Shown here: positions 1-11,050 of the stretch, one piece after another
Numbering within the stretch: the first letter of the stretch is position 1
How the letters are laid out: each line of letters begins with the position of its first letter
Source: Octopus bimaculoides
Lineage: Eukaryota
DNA: 56,504 bases
NCBI RefSeq assembly: GCF_001194135.2
Contig: NC_068984.1
Span: forward strand, 106,644,358 to 106,700,861
Direction of reading: 5' to 3'
Notes under the pieces: model-generated
What the model was told of the DNA's origin: nothing
Databases searched by the model: none
Seen by the model: only the letters and a program-made list of their open reading frames with translations
Translations under genes and position numbers: made by a program

Positions 1-7
1 ATATATA

Positions 8-713
8 CGGTGCGATGGGTAAATTGTCGGCATTCTATACTTTTAATTTCGCGAATGCGCATTATTTTTTTTTGATTTTGTCGACTACACAATATAGTAG
101 GGTCAGTTAGGCACCCTCTGCGAGATAAACAGCTCCATGAAACAATTCACTCTGCTAGGAATTTGGAAACGACCTGTTGTGCTGCATGGCATTCGTGCCG
201 GAAGCTCCAATACGAAGATTTCAGAGTGTTTGGATGTCAATGTGAGGACAGTGCAGAGGATTCAGAAAGAGTTGGATGAGTCTAATGGTAATTACAAAGG
301 TGTTTTGAGTGATCACTAGTGATGGCAACGTTATGCCTCCATTCATCTTCCCACACGGCCTCAGACTCAACGCGGAGACTTACATCAAGTGCCTGGAGGC
401 GGTAGTGCTGCCCTAGGTCAAGAGGGTGACTGCTAGAAGACCCTATGTCTTGCAACAAGACTCTGTACCTTGCCACACAAGCAGGAGAATCCAGTGATAG
501 CTGTCAGAAAATTTCTCCCACCACATCATGCCTAACATCTGGCCGCCTAATTCCCCAGACTGCAACCTCCTTGATTATCATGCGTGGACCGCAGTTGAGC
601 GAAAGACCAAGAAAACTCCTTGTAACGTCAAAGATGAACTAAACGTAAAATGAGTTCTCAATGTTATTTTCATTTTTGCGTAATTTAGACGACAATATAT
701 TCACTGCACCCTG
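8..713 (+). mobile_element. Internally deleted, decayed DD37D (maT-type) Tc1/mariner transposon
   Basis: TA flanks both ends. Imperfect TIRs: CGGTGCGATGGGTAAATTGTCG vs revcomp CAGGGTGCAGTGAATATATTGTCG. HTH-like ORF at 137-319 (ISECLDVNVRTVQRI). C-terminal part reads MPPFIFPHGLRLNAETYIKCLE...QQDSVPCHTS...WPPNSPDCNLLDY, with 37 residues between the last two Asp and in-frame stops. Confidence 0.85.
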
Positions 714-2541
714 TATACATACATACATACATACATANNNNNNNNNNNNNNNNNNNNNNNNNNNNNNNNNNNNNNNNNNNNNNNNNNNNNNNNNNNNNNN
801 NNNNNNNNNNNNNNNNNNNNNNNNNNNNNNNNNNNNNNNNNNNNNNNNNNNNNNNNNNNNNNNNNNNNNNNNNNNNNNNNNNNNNNNNNNNNNNNNNNNN
901 NNNNNNNNNNNNNNNNNNNNNNNNNNNNNNNNNNNNNNNNNNNNNNNNNNNNNNNNNNNNNNNNNNNNNNNNNNNNNNNNNNNNNNNNNNNNNNNNNNNN
1001 NNNNNNNNNNNNNNNNNNNNNNNNNNNNNNNNNNNNNNNNNNNNNNNNNNNNNNNNNNNNNNNNNNNNNNNNNNNNNNNNNNNNNNNNNNNNNNNNNNNN
1101 NNNNNNNNNNNNNNNNNNATATATATATATATAGATAGATAGATATATATATATATATATATATACTTACACAAGTTATTTGTAAGATAATTTTGTATTT
1201 CGATTATTGCAACAGTATATAGCAGTAATATATTCATAGATGTATATAGCTACTATATATCAATGCAAAATGTAAAGGAAAAACACGTGCTTAAAACATG
1301 AAAGCTCATTTCCCAGAACACACAGCTAAATTATATTCAACGGATTTATAGTATACAGATGTGTATGTATGTGCGAGTTTGTATGCATATATGTGTGCGC
1401 ATGCGCGCGCGTGTGTTTGTATGTGTCTGGGTGTTACGTCAGTGATTGTGGTTGTATGAGTGTGTGGCTATATCTGTATGTATCACGGTTTTTTATATGC
1501 TCTGCTATTTTATATTGAGCATTTTGGTGTTCCACAAGAATAAATGTTGATCTGCGTTGTTTAAACCACACTTACATACATACATACACACACACAAAAA
1601 ACATACATACATACACACGTAACAAGGTAATTATAATAAATATATAGATGTCTATAATTGTGATTGTTAACGGTCATCTTATTTTTATTGTAACAGAAAT
1701 TTATCTGTTCTTTATTAGAGACAAAATAAGACAATATTGGGCACTGGTTAGTGGTTGAAAATTAAGTTAGCGTTAATTATTCATTATACTATCTGCCAAA
1801 GGCGGACATGAGCAGTACGAAGGAAGATAAATAGAAAGCAAAACAAAAGAGTCAAGAATCTGCTTGCTATCTCCACCTGCCTATCTTTATTGTTAACAGC
1901 AAAGAATTATCTCACACTTTTTCGATATTCTAAAATAGCCAACAGTCGTCCCTATCATTCTGTCAATATCTTTGTTTTTTGTCTTTCTTCTTTTGTGCGC
2001 ACACTCCCCTCTTCACCAAACACTGGCTGTCAACTGCGATCGGGTATAGGTGTGTGTTTTCTTGTGCTGTGCATATATTTTATTGTAATGATTCCTAAGA
2101 ATCATTCCTGCCAAAAAATCAGTTTTTCAATCAAGTGCTTCCCTTCTGTTAGACAGGTCACAATGTATCCTAGCAGCTTTTCATTAACCTAGCGTCATTT
2201 CAAGATATAATACGTCATTCGATTTTCGATGCAACCACTTGATTTTAAGAAAAAATTCTCTTGCGACCATGGGCGATTATTTGTTTGCTAATCATTTTAA
2301 ATTTGAGTGTGTATATGTGCGTACAAACACAAACATATAATTATAGATGCACAGAGAGNNNNNNNNNNNNNNNNNNNNNNNNNNNNNNNNNNNNNNNNNN
2401 NNNNNNNNNNNNNNNNNNNNNNNNNNNNNNNNNNNNNNNNNNNNNNNNNNNNNNNNNNNNNNNNNNNNNNNNNNNNNNNNNNNNNNNNNNNNNNNNNNNN
2501 NNNNNNNNNNNNNNNNNNNNNNNNNNNNNNNNNNNNNNNNN

Positions 2542-2610
<69 letters not shown>

Positions 2611-2950
2611 AAGTAGTACCAGTATTTTCTAAAATCTAATTTCAAAATATTTTCTTGAAGATTCAAAATCTCTCTCTATCTCTTTCCCCTTCTCTCTTTC
2701 CCCTTCTCTCTTTCCCCTTCTCTCTTTCCCTTTCTCTCTTCCTCTGTATTATCTCTCTCTGCTGATATATGCATGTCTGTAAGCATGCATGTATGTGTGT
2801 ATGTATGTATGTATGTATGTATGTATGTATGTGTTAACGTATGTATGTATTAACGCATGTATGCATGCATATATGTATGTATGTATGCATGTATATATTC
2901 ATTATATTCATACGTGTATGTATGCATAAGTACATATGTATGTGTGTATG
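2542..2950. repeat. (GA)n, 13-bp tandem TTTCCCTTCTCTC (~4 copies, ~2690-2740) and (TATG)n microsatellites
   Basis: Directly visible tandem arrays next to a gap. Confidence 0.9.
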
Positions 2951-3864
2951 TGTTTGTTTGTGATCCTATTTATCTGCCTACATATTTCCAGGCGTACTTC
3001 TTGCGTGTGAGAAATAAGTAATGCTGTTAATACACAGTTTAATTAAACGTCAGAGAAGCTTTGCCCCAAGCAGAAAACGCAGAAGTTCCTTGAAGATGTT
3101 GAATGCTTCTCTTCTGATAGTGACTAATGCTATCATGTTGTTCTAAATCCTTTGATATATTTAGTATGTGTCTTACGTTAACACACGTTTCATATGAATC
3201 TGTTAAAGAAGAAATGAAATACTTAGAGAAGAGGTCAGTCACTGATCTTTTGTCCACTATAACCATATTGATCTGGTCTCAGCCGCCACCATGGCTATCT
3301 CGTTAGTGTTTTCTGTTCACTTTGTTTAGGTCCAAACCAATCTTCGGCAAGGAAACAGAACACTGATTTTGCGTGGAAACTGTGGTAGTTAGCTCCAATA
3401 GAGAGTGAGGTAAAATGCTATCATTAGGCAAGAACGTCTTCAACAACTTGGTATTTGACTTTCTTTAGTAGATGAGAAATCTGAAGTCTGTCCTCCGAGC
3501 GCATTATGAGATTAATCGATGATCAGTTATGTATTTCATCGATTTCCTATATTTTCACCTTACTGTCACATTTTCCAGATGGTCTCTGGCTTACTCAACC
3601 GATTGCAGGATCGTGCTTGGGATTCTATATAAGTTTGTCCAACTACTGCATTATCTGAGAATAAAACTTACTCGTGTATGAAACTTACTCCAGGATTCAA
3701 TGGAGGGTGTGAATTGAGTTCTTCTTTGTTGAATTCTTTAATAGTGTTTATTTTTAAAATTATACACATATATTTTATATTGGGAAATTTAATTTAGTAT
3801 TGCTAAATTGAATTTTTCCCTGTTAGTTTTGGAATTTATTCCCTAATATTATATATATATATAT

Positions 3865-3903
<39 letters not shown>

Positions 3904-4929
3904 NNNNNNNNNNNNNNNNNNNNNNNNNNNNNNNNNNNNNNNNNNNNNNNNNNNNNNNNNNNNNNNNNNNNNNNNNNNNNNNNNNNNNNNNNNNNNNNNN
4001 NNNNNNNNNNNNNNNNNNNNNNNNNNNNNNNNNNNNNNNNNNNNNNNNNNNNNNNNNNNNNNNNNNNNNNNNNNNNNNNNNNNNNNNNNNNNNNNNNNNN
4101 NNNNNNNNNNNNNNNNNNNNNNNNNNNNNNNNNNNNNNNNNNNNNNNNNNNNNNNNNNNNNNNNNNNNNNNNNNNNNNNNNNNNNNNNNNNNNNNNNNNN
4201 NNNNNNNNNNNNNNNNNNNNNNNNNNNNNNNNNNNNNNNNNNNNNAGTTTTAGGGAAATAACCAAGTTAAATATTATATTTATCTTATGATATTTACTTT
4301 ACTTTATATATATACCTGTCACTGGAAGATGGTAGTCTTTCGGTCCCGTTTGTTTTTGTGTGTGTGTGTGTGTGTGTGAATTAATACGAACGATGAAAAA
4401 ATAATGGTATCAGTGGTACTTGGTGCAACATGTATTTGAAAAGTAAATAATGCTCACATGTTTTCAGTCTAATCCTTACTGTTTAATCAAGACTGGCTAA
4501 ACCTAATCCTCGATATTTAATCAAGTCTAATTAAATCTAATCTTTGATCATTTCTTCTATTTCTTGATTATTCAGCATCTTAGTATTTTACGTTTCTTTT
4601 TATCTTGCTAATATCATGGAAGTTAGTATTTTAATTGTTTTTAACAATGATAATATTTCTCTGTGCTTGGCTTAGTAGAATTAGTAAAGAAGCGAAAAGC
4701 TGAATAAATTTTGTTACGGCATGTTTTTAGAAAGGTGTTTTGTTAATGTTTATATTATTTAACTTTACATTGAACTATTGAAGAAAGAAACTGTGTTTAT
4801 GTGAATTTAATTACTACTTGTACTGCAAAAATTGTTTCCAAACGAAAATCCAAAAATTTGAGTATCATTTATGTAAAACAATATGTGATATTTTACTCAA
4901 TCCAACCAAAAAAAGAACCATTAACTTTA

Positions 4930-5144
4930 ATATCGGTTTCAAATTTTGGCACAAATCGGCAATTTTGGGGGATGGAGTAAGTCAATTACATCGATCCTAG
5001 TGTTGAACTGGTATGTATTTTATTAACTTCGAAAAGATGAAAGGCAAAGTCGACCCGGACGGAGTTTGAACTTACAACGTCCAGTTGGAAGAAAGGCCGT
5101 AAAGTATTTTTTTCGGTGCGGTAACATTCCTGCCAGCTCAGGCC
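4930..5144 (-). mobile_element. tRNA-derived SINE, family A (copy 1)
   Basis: Revcomp matches the window-wide consensus GAGCTGGCAGAA...GAGTTCAAATTCCGCCGAGGTCGACTTTGCCTTTCATCC...GATAAAATAAGTACCAG...CCAAAATTTGAAACC seen in about 10 copies. Confidence 0.8.
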
Positions 5145-5154
5145 ATTACTTTCA

Positions 5155-5362
5155 ATGAGTTTAAATTTTGGCACAAGGCAAGCAATTTTGTGGGCGGGGA
5201 CTAGACATCGACCCCTACATTAAACTGGTACTTATTTTATCGATCGAGAGAGAATGAAAAGCAAAGTCGACCTCGGCGGAATTCAAACTCAGAACGTACA
5301 GACGGATGAAATGCCGTTAAGCATTTTTTCCATCACGGTAAGGCTTCTGCCAGCTCGTGGCC
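5155..5362 (-). mobile_element. SINE family A (copy 2)
   Basis: Same consensus, in tandem with copy 1. Confidence 0.85.
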
Positions 5363-5402
5363 TTTGCATATTATATTTTAATGTTGGAGAATATTGCTTA
5401 AA

Positions 5403-5611
5403 GTGGCAAGCTGGCAGAATGGTTAGCTCGCTGGGCGAAATGCTCAGTGACATTTCGTTCGGCCTTACGATCCAGTTCATCCGGGGTTGACTTTACCATT
5501 CTTCCTCTTGGAATCGATAAAATAAGTACCAGTTGAGTATTTGGGTGAAGTAATCAATTCATCCCCTCCCCCGAATTTGCTGGCCATATGCAAAAGTTTG
5601 AAATCAATATT
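5403..5611 (+). mobile_element. SINE family A (copy 3)
   Basis: GGCAAGCTGGCAGAATGGTTAGC...GATAAAATAAGTACCAG...TTTGAAATCAATATT; head-to-head with copy 2. Confidence 0.8.
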
Positions 5612-6237
5612 GAAGAGTATTTACTAGGGTCCATTGTACAAAACTTAAATTACACACACACACATATATTTGTATCATCTTAAATATTTAACAGTCTCAT
5701 TTATTTATTTATTTATTTATTTCCCTTTATCCTTTTCTTCGTTATGAATCACCTTTCACACTATTACTTGACCGGATAATTTTGATTTGTAGTTTATTAC
5801 GTATCTGTTTTTTTTTCTTTTGTTTTCATTGTGACTTGCTAATAAAATGTTAAGGACATATTCAACGAGTGTTGTATAATGTGCTGAATCAGGGCTCGTT
5901 CAGAAAATCGATTTACACATAACTTGATGAGTCAATATTTTCCAGTATTACCGGATTTATAATTATTCCATGTATTATTTCATATATAATAATGTTACAG
6001 CAATAAAATTCTTGTAAAGTATCCATGAAATAATTATTGAATTATGCAATAAAACGAGTTGCTCGCTATATTTTCCTTGTTAATATTTATATAACTTTTA
6101 CGGATATTTATGGACTTTTCAGATACATCATCACTCAAAGTATCCATTTTCCTTGTATAATATTATCTGATGCTCGATACCCGTGGAAGGATTTTATAAG
6201 GGAAACTGAAAGTTTAAAACGCAAATGAAATATATGT

Positions 6238-6359
<122 letters not shown>

Positions 6360-6589
6360 TGGCTCTAATTATAACGTTGAGAATATGGAAGCTGATACAT
6401 CCTCAAAATTTATTTCCTTTTATTTCACAATGTCATGCGGCATATTTTTTATGGTTACGACGACCTACACTTGTTTCTACTTCACAGAGTATGTGCAGCT
6501 GCTTATGCAACCGAACATAATTTTCTTGCAGCTTCGCTCAGGGTCTTTCAGCCAGCTTAGCTCGAAGAGAACTGAATTGAGTTAGTTGT

Positions 6590-7420
6590 TCATTGGTTAT
6601 GGTTGAGGAGGAAGTGAGGGGAGGTGGTTTTAAATATAAAATTTGATCCGTTTGTAAATTAGTATGATTGACCTAGGTTTCACACCATTTGCTGGTCGAA
6701 GTCAAGGATCTGTCTACTTAGGTCAAAGTTTAAGTTACTCCTTTGTGCATTGTAGTAGATGGCACTTAATAAGCTTACTTTCAAGTATAGTTCTTGTAAT
6801 GTATAGTTCTGTGGGTGGCGTATTGAATTATCTAAAACGTGTGTTAGATTTCTCAAAGGTATGTTTATGTAAGCCTTTTAAGTCATGTTCTAGCTTGCTA
6901 TTAAGTGAGTTGTGCCTATGTAAAAATTTGGTACAGTTCTTCTATATATAACACACATTTATTCCCCCCCCCTATTCCATACAGTTCAAATGTACTGATT
7001 ATCCCCCACTCTGTGGTAAGTTCTAGGTCCTATCTTTAATGAACCATATTAGCCTGATTAAGCTCGTCCTGTTCATCTTTTACTGATATATGAATTTAAA
7101 TCATTTGTTAGTCCTTTTTTGTTTTGAAATTTAGCTAGGGCCTTATATAACAGTACACCCTCCCCTAAGAAATGATCTTGCATCGATATGCTAAGTTCTT
7201 CGTCAAACATCTAGAAGTTAATGGGCATACTTTACTCCTAGCGCAATTACGAAGACCTAATTGCCTGTTTTTATCATTTAATTTGTTGTAGTTCCTACTA
7301 TCTTTCTCTGTTTTCCTCATTTCTATGAATCTACTATTTTTCCTAAGCTTTCTATCCATAGGTGTTTGTGGGTTGCTATTTCTTACGATTCCTGCTATTT
7401 CTAGCAATTCTTGTGGACGT
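6590..7420 (-). mobile_element. Decayed Penelope-like retroelement, GIY-YIG endonuclease region
   Basis: Minus-strand fragments NCARSKVCPLTSRCLTKNLAYRCKI, GVLLYKA and PNFYIGTT resemble the Cys-rich linker plus GIY-YIG motifs of Penelope ORFs. Many stops and frameshifts. Confidence 0.6.
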
Positions 7421-7444
7421 AGAGGCTATATATATATATATAGT

Positions 7445-7850
7445 TAAATCGAATAATCCCACAAAAAAACAGAAGTAAAGTGAAGTCAAATAAAGTGAGG
7501 TGAAGTAAAGAGTCACGGACAAATTAAAATGATTCAATGAAAAGAACAAAAATGACATACTCCAAAGGAATTTCAAGATAGGGTAATCCGACGGCAGAGT
7601 AAGGAAATCCATGAATCAGGTATTCCAGATAGGACAGAAGGATGTAGAAGGTTCATGTGAAGATGCGATAGATAGTTAAATCGGGTAATCGAAATTAAAA
7701 ACGACAATAACAAAGCAACAGAAGGACGTGCATATGGAATGTATTAGTTAAACGCTCGGTAAAGGTGGAAAAGAGATAGGGCTTTTCATGTTTCGAGCAT
7801 AGCTCCTCATCAGAAAAGGAAACGAAAAAGTTCAGAGAGGAGAAAAATAT
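7445..7850 (-). mobile_element. Penelope-like terminal repeat (pLTR) copy with hammerhead motif
   Basis: Shares CCGAGCGTT(T/A)(A/T)ACTAATACATTC and the upstream hammerhead-like motif with the copies at 17.2 and 19.5 kb; lies adjacent to the GIY-YIG remnant. Confidence 0.6.
7782..7818 (-). ncRNA. Minimal type-I hammerhead ribozyme motif, probably mutated at the cleavage site
   Basis: Revcomp cuuuu-CUGAUGA-G-GAGC-uau-GCUC-GAA-ACAU-G-aaaag: intact core boxes, 4-bp stem II, 5-bp stem I. Stem III reads ACAU where paralogues have the palindrome ACGU, and position 17 is G. Confidence 0.65.
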
Positions 7851-7853
7851 CAC

Positions 7854-7854
<1 letters not shown>

Positions 7855-7885
<31 letters not shown>

Positions 7886-7948
7886 TGTATGTATGTATGT
7901 ATGTATGTATGTATGTATGTGTATACATGTATATATATGTAAGTATAA

Positions 7949-7980
<32 letters not shown>
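7855..7980. repeat. (TATG)n / (TA)n microsatellite before gap
   Basis: Direct. Confidence 0.95.
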
Positions 7981-8939
7981 NNNNNNNNNNNNNNNNNNNN
8001 NNNNNNNNNNNNNNNNNNNNNNNNNNNNNNNNNNNNNNNNNNNNNNNNNNNNNNNNNNNNNNNNNNNNNNNNNNNNNNNNNNNNNNNNNNNNNNNNNNNN
8101 NNNNNNNNNNNNNNNNNNNNNNNNNNNNNNNNNNNNNNNNNNNNNNNNNNNNNNNNNNNNNNNNNNNNNNNNNNNNNNNNNNNNNNNNNNNNNNNNNNNN
8201 NNNNNNNNNNNNNNNNNNNNNNNNNNNNNNNNNNNNNNNNNNNNNNNNNNNNNNNNNNNNNNNNNNNNNNNNNNNNNNNNNNNNNNNNNNNNNNNNNNNN
8301 NNNNNNNNNNNNNNNNNNNNNNNNNNNNNNNNNNNNNNNNNNNNNNNNNNNNNNNNNNNNNNNNNNNNNNNNNNNNNNNNNNNNNNNNNNNNNNNNNNNN
8401 NNNNNNNNNNNNNNNNNNNNNNNNNNNNNNNNNNNNNNNNNNNNNNNNNNNNNNNNNNNNNNNNNNNNNNNNNNNNNNNNNNNNNNNNNNNNNNNNNNNN
8501 NNNNNNNNNNNNNNNNNNNNNNNNNNNNNNNNNNNNNNNNNNNNNNNNNNNNNNNNNNNNNNNNNNNNNNNNNNNNNNNNNNNNNNNNNNNNNNNNNNNN
8601 NNNNNNNNNNNNNNNNNNNNNNNNNNNNNNNNNNNNNNNNNNNNNNNNNNNNNNNNNNNNNNNNNNNNNNNNNNNNNNNNNNNNNNNNNNNNNNNNNNNN
8701 NNNNNNNNNNNNNNNNNNNNNNNNNNNNNNNNNNNNNNNNNNNNNNNNNNNNNNNNNNNNNNNNNNNNNNNNNNNNNNNNNNNNNNNNNNNNNNNNNNNN
8801 NNNNNNNNNNNNNNNNNNNNNNNNNNNNNNNNNNNNNNNNNNNNNNNNNNNNNNNNNNNNNNNNNNNNNNNNNNNNNNNNNNNNNNNNNNNNNNNNNNNN
8901 NNNNNNNNNNNNNNNNNNNNNNNNNNNNNNNNATATATA

Positions 8940-9735
8940 CAGAGTGCGTAAGATATTTGAGGACAAATTCATGTTTATAAAAGAAACCAGATATATAATA
9001 AAAGATAATTTCATTTATCAAAAAATTTAATGAGGATATAAATAAACCTTCTTTTCTACAATGTTATTCCATGAACCTACCTTCAGCTTCAACAACTACT
9101 TCTATATGAGATCTAAATCATCTACATGTTCGAATCAACTGGTCCTAGTTCATTTTGGACATTACTCTGAATATGGCAGCTTTCAAAGAGTCTCTGGTAT
9201 TATGGGCGTGTTCATTGACCTCTCTCTCTCGACAACGCTCCACATATAATAGTCCAACGGATTCAGATCTGGTGAATTAGGGGGCCAAATGTTAGGGGCT
9301 ATGTGATCATAGAAATTTTCAGCCATCCATTCCTGTGCTACTAAAGCCATGTGTGTTAGTGCAGAGTCTTACTGAAACACATATGGCCTTCTATTGCATA
9401 CACTATCTATCCATGGCTTAAAAATTGTTTCCAGGGTCTCAATGCAGGCGGCGGAGTTAACTCTAAGGCCTTGTGGAAAGAAGTAAGGAGGCACCAAATG
9501 TTCTTCATTGCTGACAATTCCTAAACAATGATAGTTGCAGGAATTTTGTATGCATTACACTTGGAACTTCAGAAGGTCCTGCTCATAACCATCTGTCATT
9601 TCTTCTCTCAACTTTATGATCTTGGTCGAAAACTTTCTCGTTTGAGAAAAAGCAAATCAAATCTTCTACTGGAATTGTCAATTTGTTTAAGAACCATTTA
9701 GATTTGATCCAGTGATTTTCTTTTGCTCTTTCTAA
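8940..9735 (-). mobile_element. Decayed DD37D (maT-type) transposon, 3' half
   Basis: Minus strand reads FFSNEKVFDQDHKVERRNDRWL...EVPSVMHTKF...PPYFFPQGLRVN...FQ*DSALTH...WPPNSPDLNPLDYYMWSVVE...GRFME*. 37 residues between the last two Asp; terminal TA-CAGAGTGC at 8938-8947. Confidence 0.9.
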
Positions 9736-10876
9736 CGAACTATGGACTCGTACAAAGTTTGAATTGTTTCCTAAAGAGTTTCTGTCCATCCTTCAGCGAA
9801 AATAGTCTCCAGTTCTTGTAGTGATGATGGTGGAGGATACCGACTCCTTACTTGTTTTTATAAAATTCACCATAGATATTCAATAATATTGAGATCTGGG
9901 AACTGTGGTAGCCATATGAGATGTTTAACTTCGCTAGAATGTTCCTCGTGCCATTCAATAATAATTTTAGATGCGTGAATTGGTACATTATCATCCTGAA
10001 AAATTGTGTTTCCCGCCGGAAACATTTCCGTAACAATAGGATGGATTTGATCACATAAGATTCTTAAACAGTCTTGACTATTAATTATACCATGAAGAGA
10101 AACCATTGGGACGGTGGATTTCCGAGATATTTCCTCCCAGATCATCACAGATCCGCCTCTATGTCTAACAGTTGGAAGAAGGCAGTCTGGATTTAATACT
10201 TCTTTTGGCTGTCTCAACACGTATACTCGGTTGGTGGTCGGAAATAAGGTAAGGGATGACACGTCCGAGAAAATAACATTCTTCCACTGCTCTAGAGACC
10301 AATTATGTAGGTTTTTACTCCACTCTAAATGCTTTGCAACGTTTATTTTTGAAAGTAGTGGTTTTCAGATTGCAGCCCTCCCGTGAAATCCGGCTTTCTC
10401 CAGTTCCCGGCGAAATGTTTTTGTGGAAACTTGGTCCTCGATGTGGTTATTACGCTTTGCAGTAATTTTGGGAGCTGTACTTTTGTGATCCTTTCTAACA
10501 GTTCGCGTAAGAGTTTTGGTTTTCTACCAGAATTTTGTTTGGACGAGGAGAATTTTTCCTCTTTCTCAAAAGCTGTCATTACTTTCGTGACAGTACTTGT
10601 CGATGCACCAAACATTTCGGCTGCTTTCGTTACGCTAGCGCCTGCCGTACGAGCACCAACAATTTGACCTCTTTGAAAGTCCGATAGATCTGTCATTTTA
10701 ATGAATTTTAATTACCTTTTTCGAATGATATCTGAAAACAAACAGCAATTTTAGCAAAATATATGAAGCAACACTAATAATAAATCAAAAAACATAAAAA
10801 TAAACAAGATTTTGACGGTTTTATAGATATTTTTCAAGATTATGATGCTAGGTGTTTCCATTATTTTGTCCAATAT
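9735..10876 (-). mobile_element. Decayed Tc1-like transposon with DD36E spacing (Incomer-like), 3' end missing
   Basis: ORFs MTDLSDFQRGQIVGARTAGASVTKAAEMFGASTSTV (paired-like HTH) and ...GGSVMIW...IFQDDNVPIH...WLPQFPDLNIIEYLW, with 36 residues from D to E. 5' TIR remnant GGTGTTTCCATTATTTTGTCCAA at ~10851-10873. About 80-85% similar by eye to the copy at 49.4-50.6 kb. Confidence 0.92.
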
Positions 10877-10892
10877 ATATGTATATATATAT

Positions 10893-11050
10893 ACGACAGG
10901 TTTCTTTCAGTTTCCGTCTACAAAATCCACTCGCAAGACTTTGGTCGGCCAGAGGCTATAGTAAAAGAGACTTGCGAAAGGTACCACGCAGAGGGATTGA
11001 ACCCGGAACTATATTTTTAAGAAACAAGTTTCTCACCACACAGCCACGCC
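10893..11050 (-). mobile_element. tRNA-derived SINE family B (head module)
   Basis: Revcomp GGCGTGGCTGTGTGG (A box-like)...GGGTTCAATCCC (B box-like)...TTGCGAGTGGATTTTGTAGACGGAAACTGAAAGAA; several other copies in the window. Confidence 0.85.

Noticed and set aside
3040-3700. GC-richer stretch with a 75-aa minus ORF and broken plus-strand frames
   Set aside because: Possibly an old TE remnant, but I found no motif I can name and no convincing splice structure.
10990-11050. tRNA-like A/B boxes here and in other SINE heads
   Set aside because: No full cloverleaf; they continue into SINE bodies and are multi-copy, so they are not tRNA genes.
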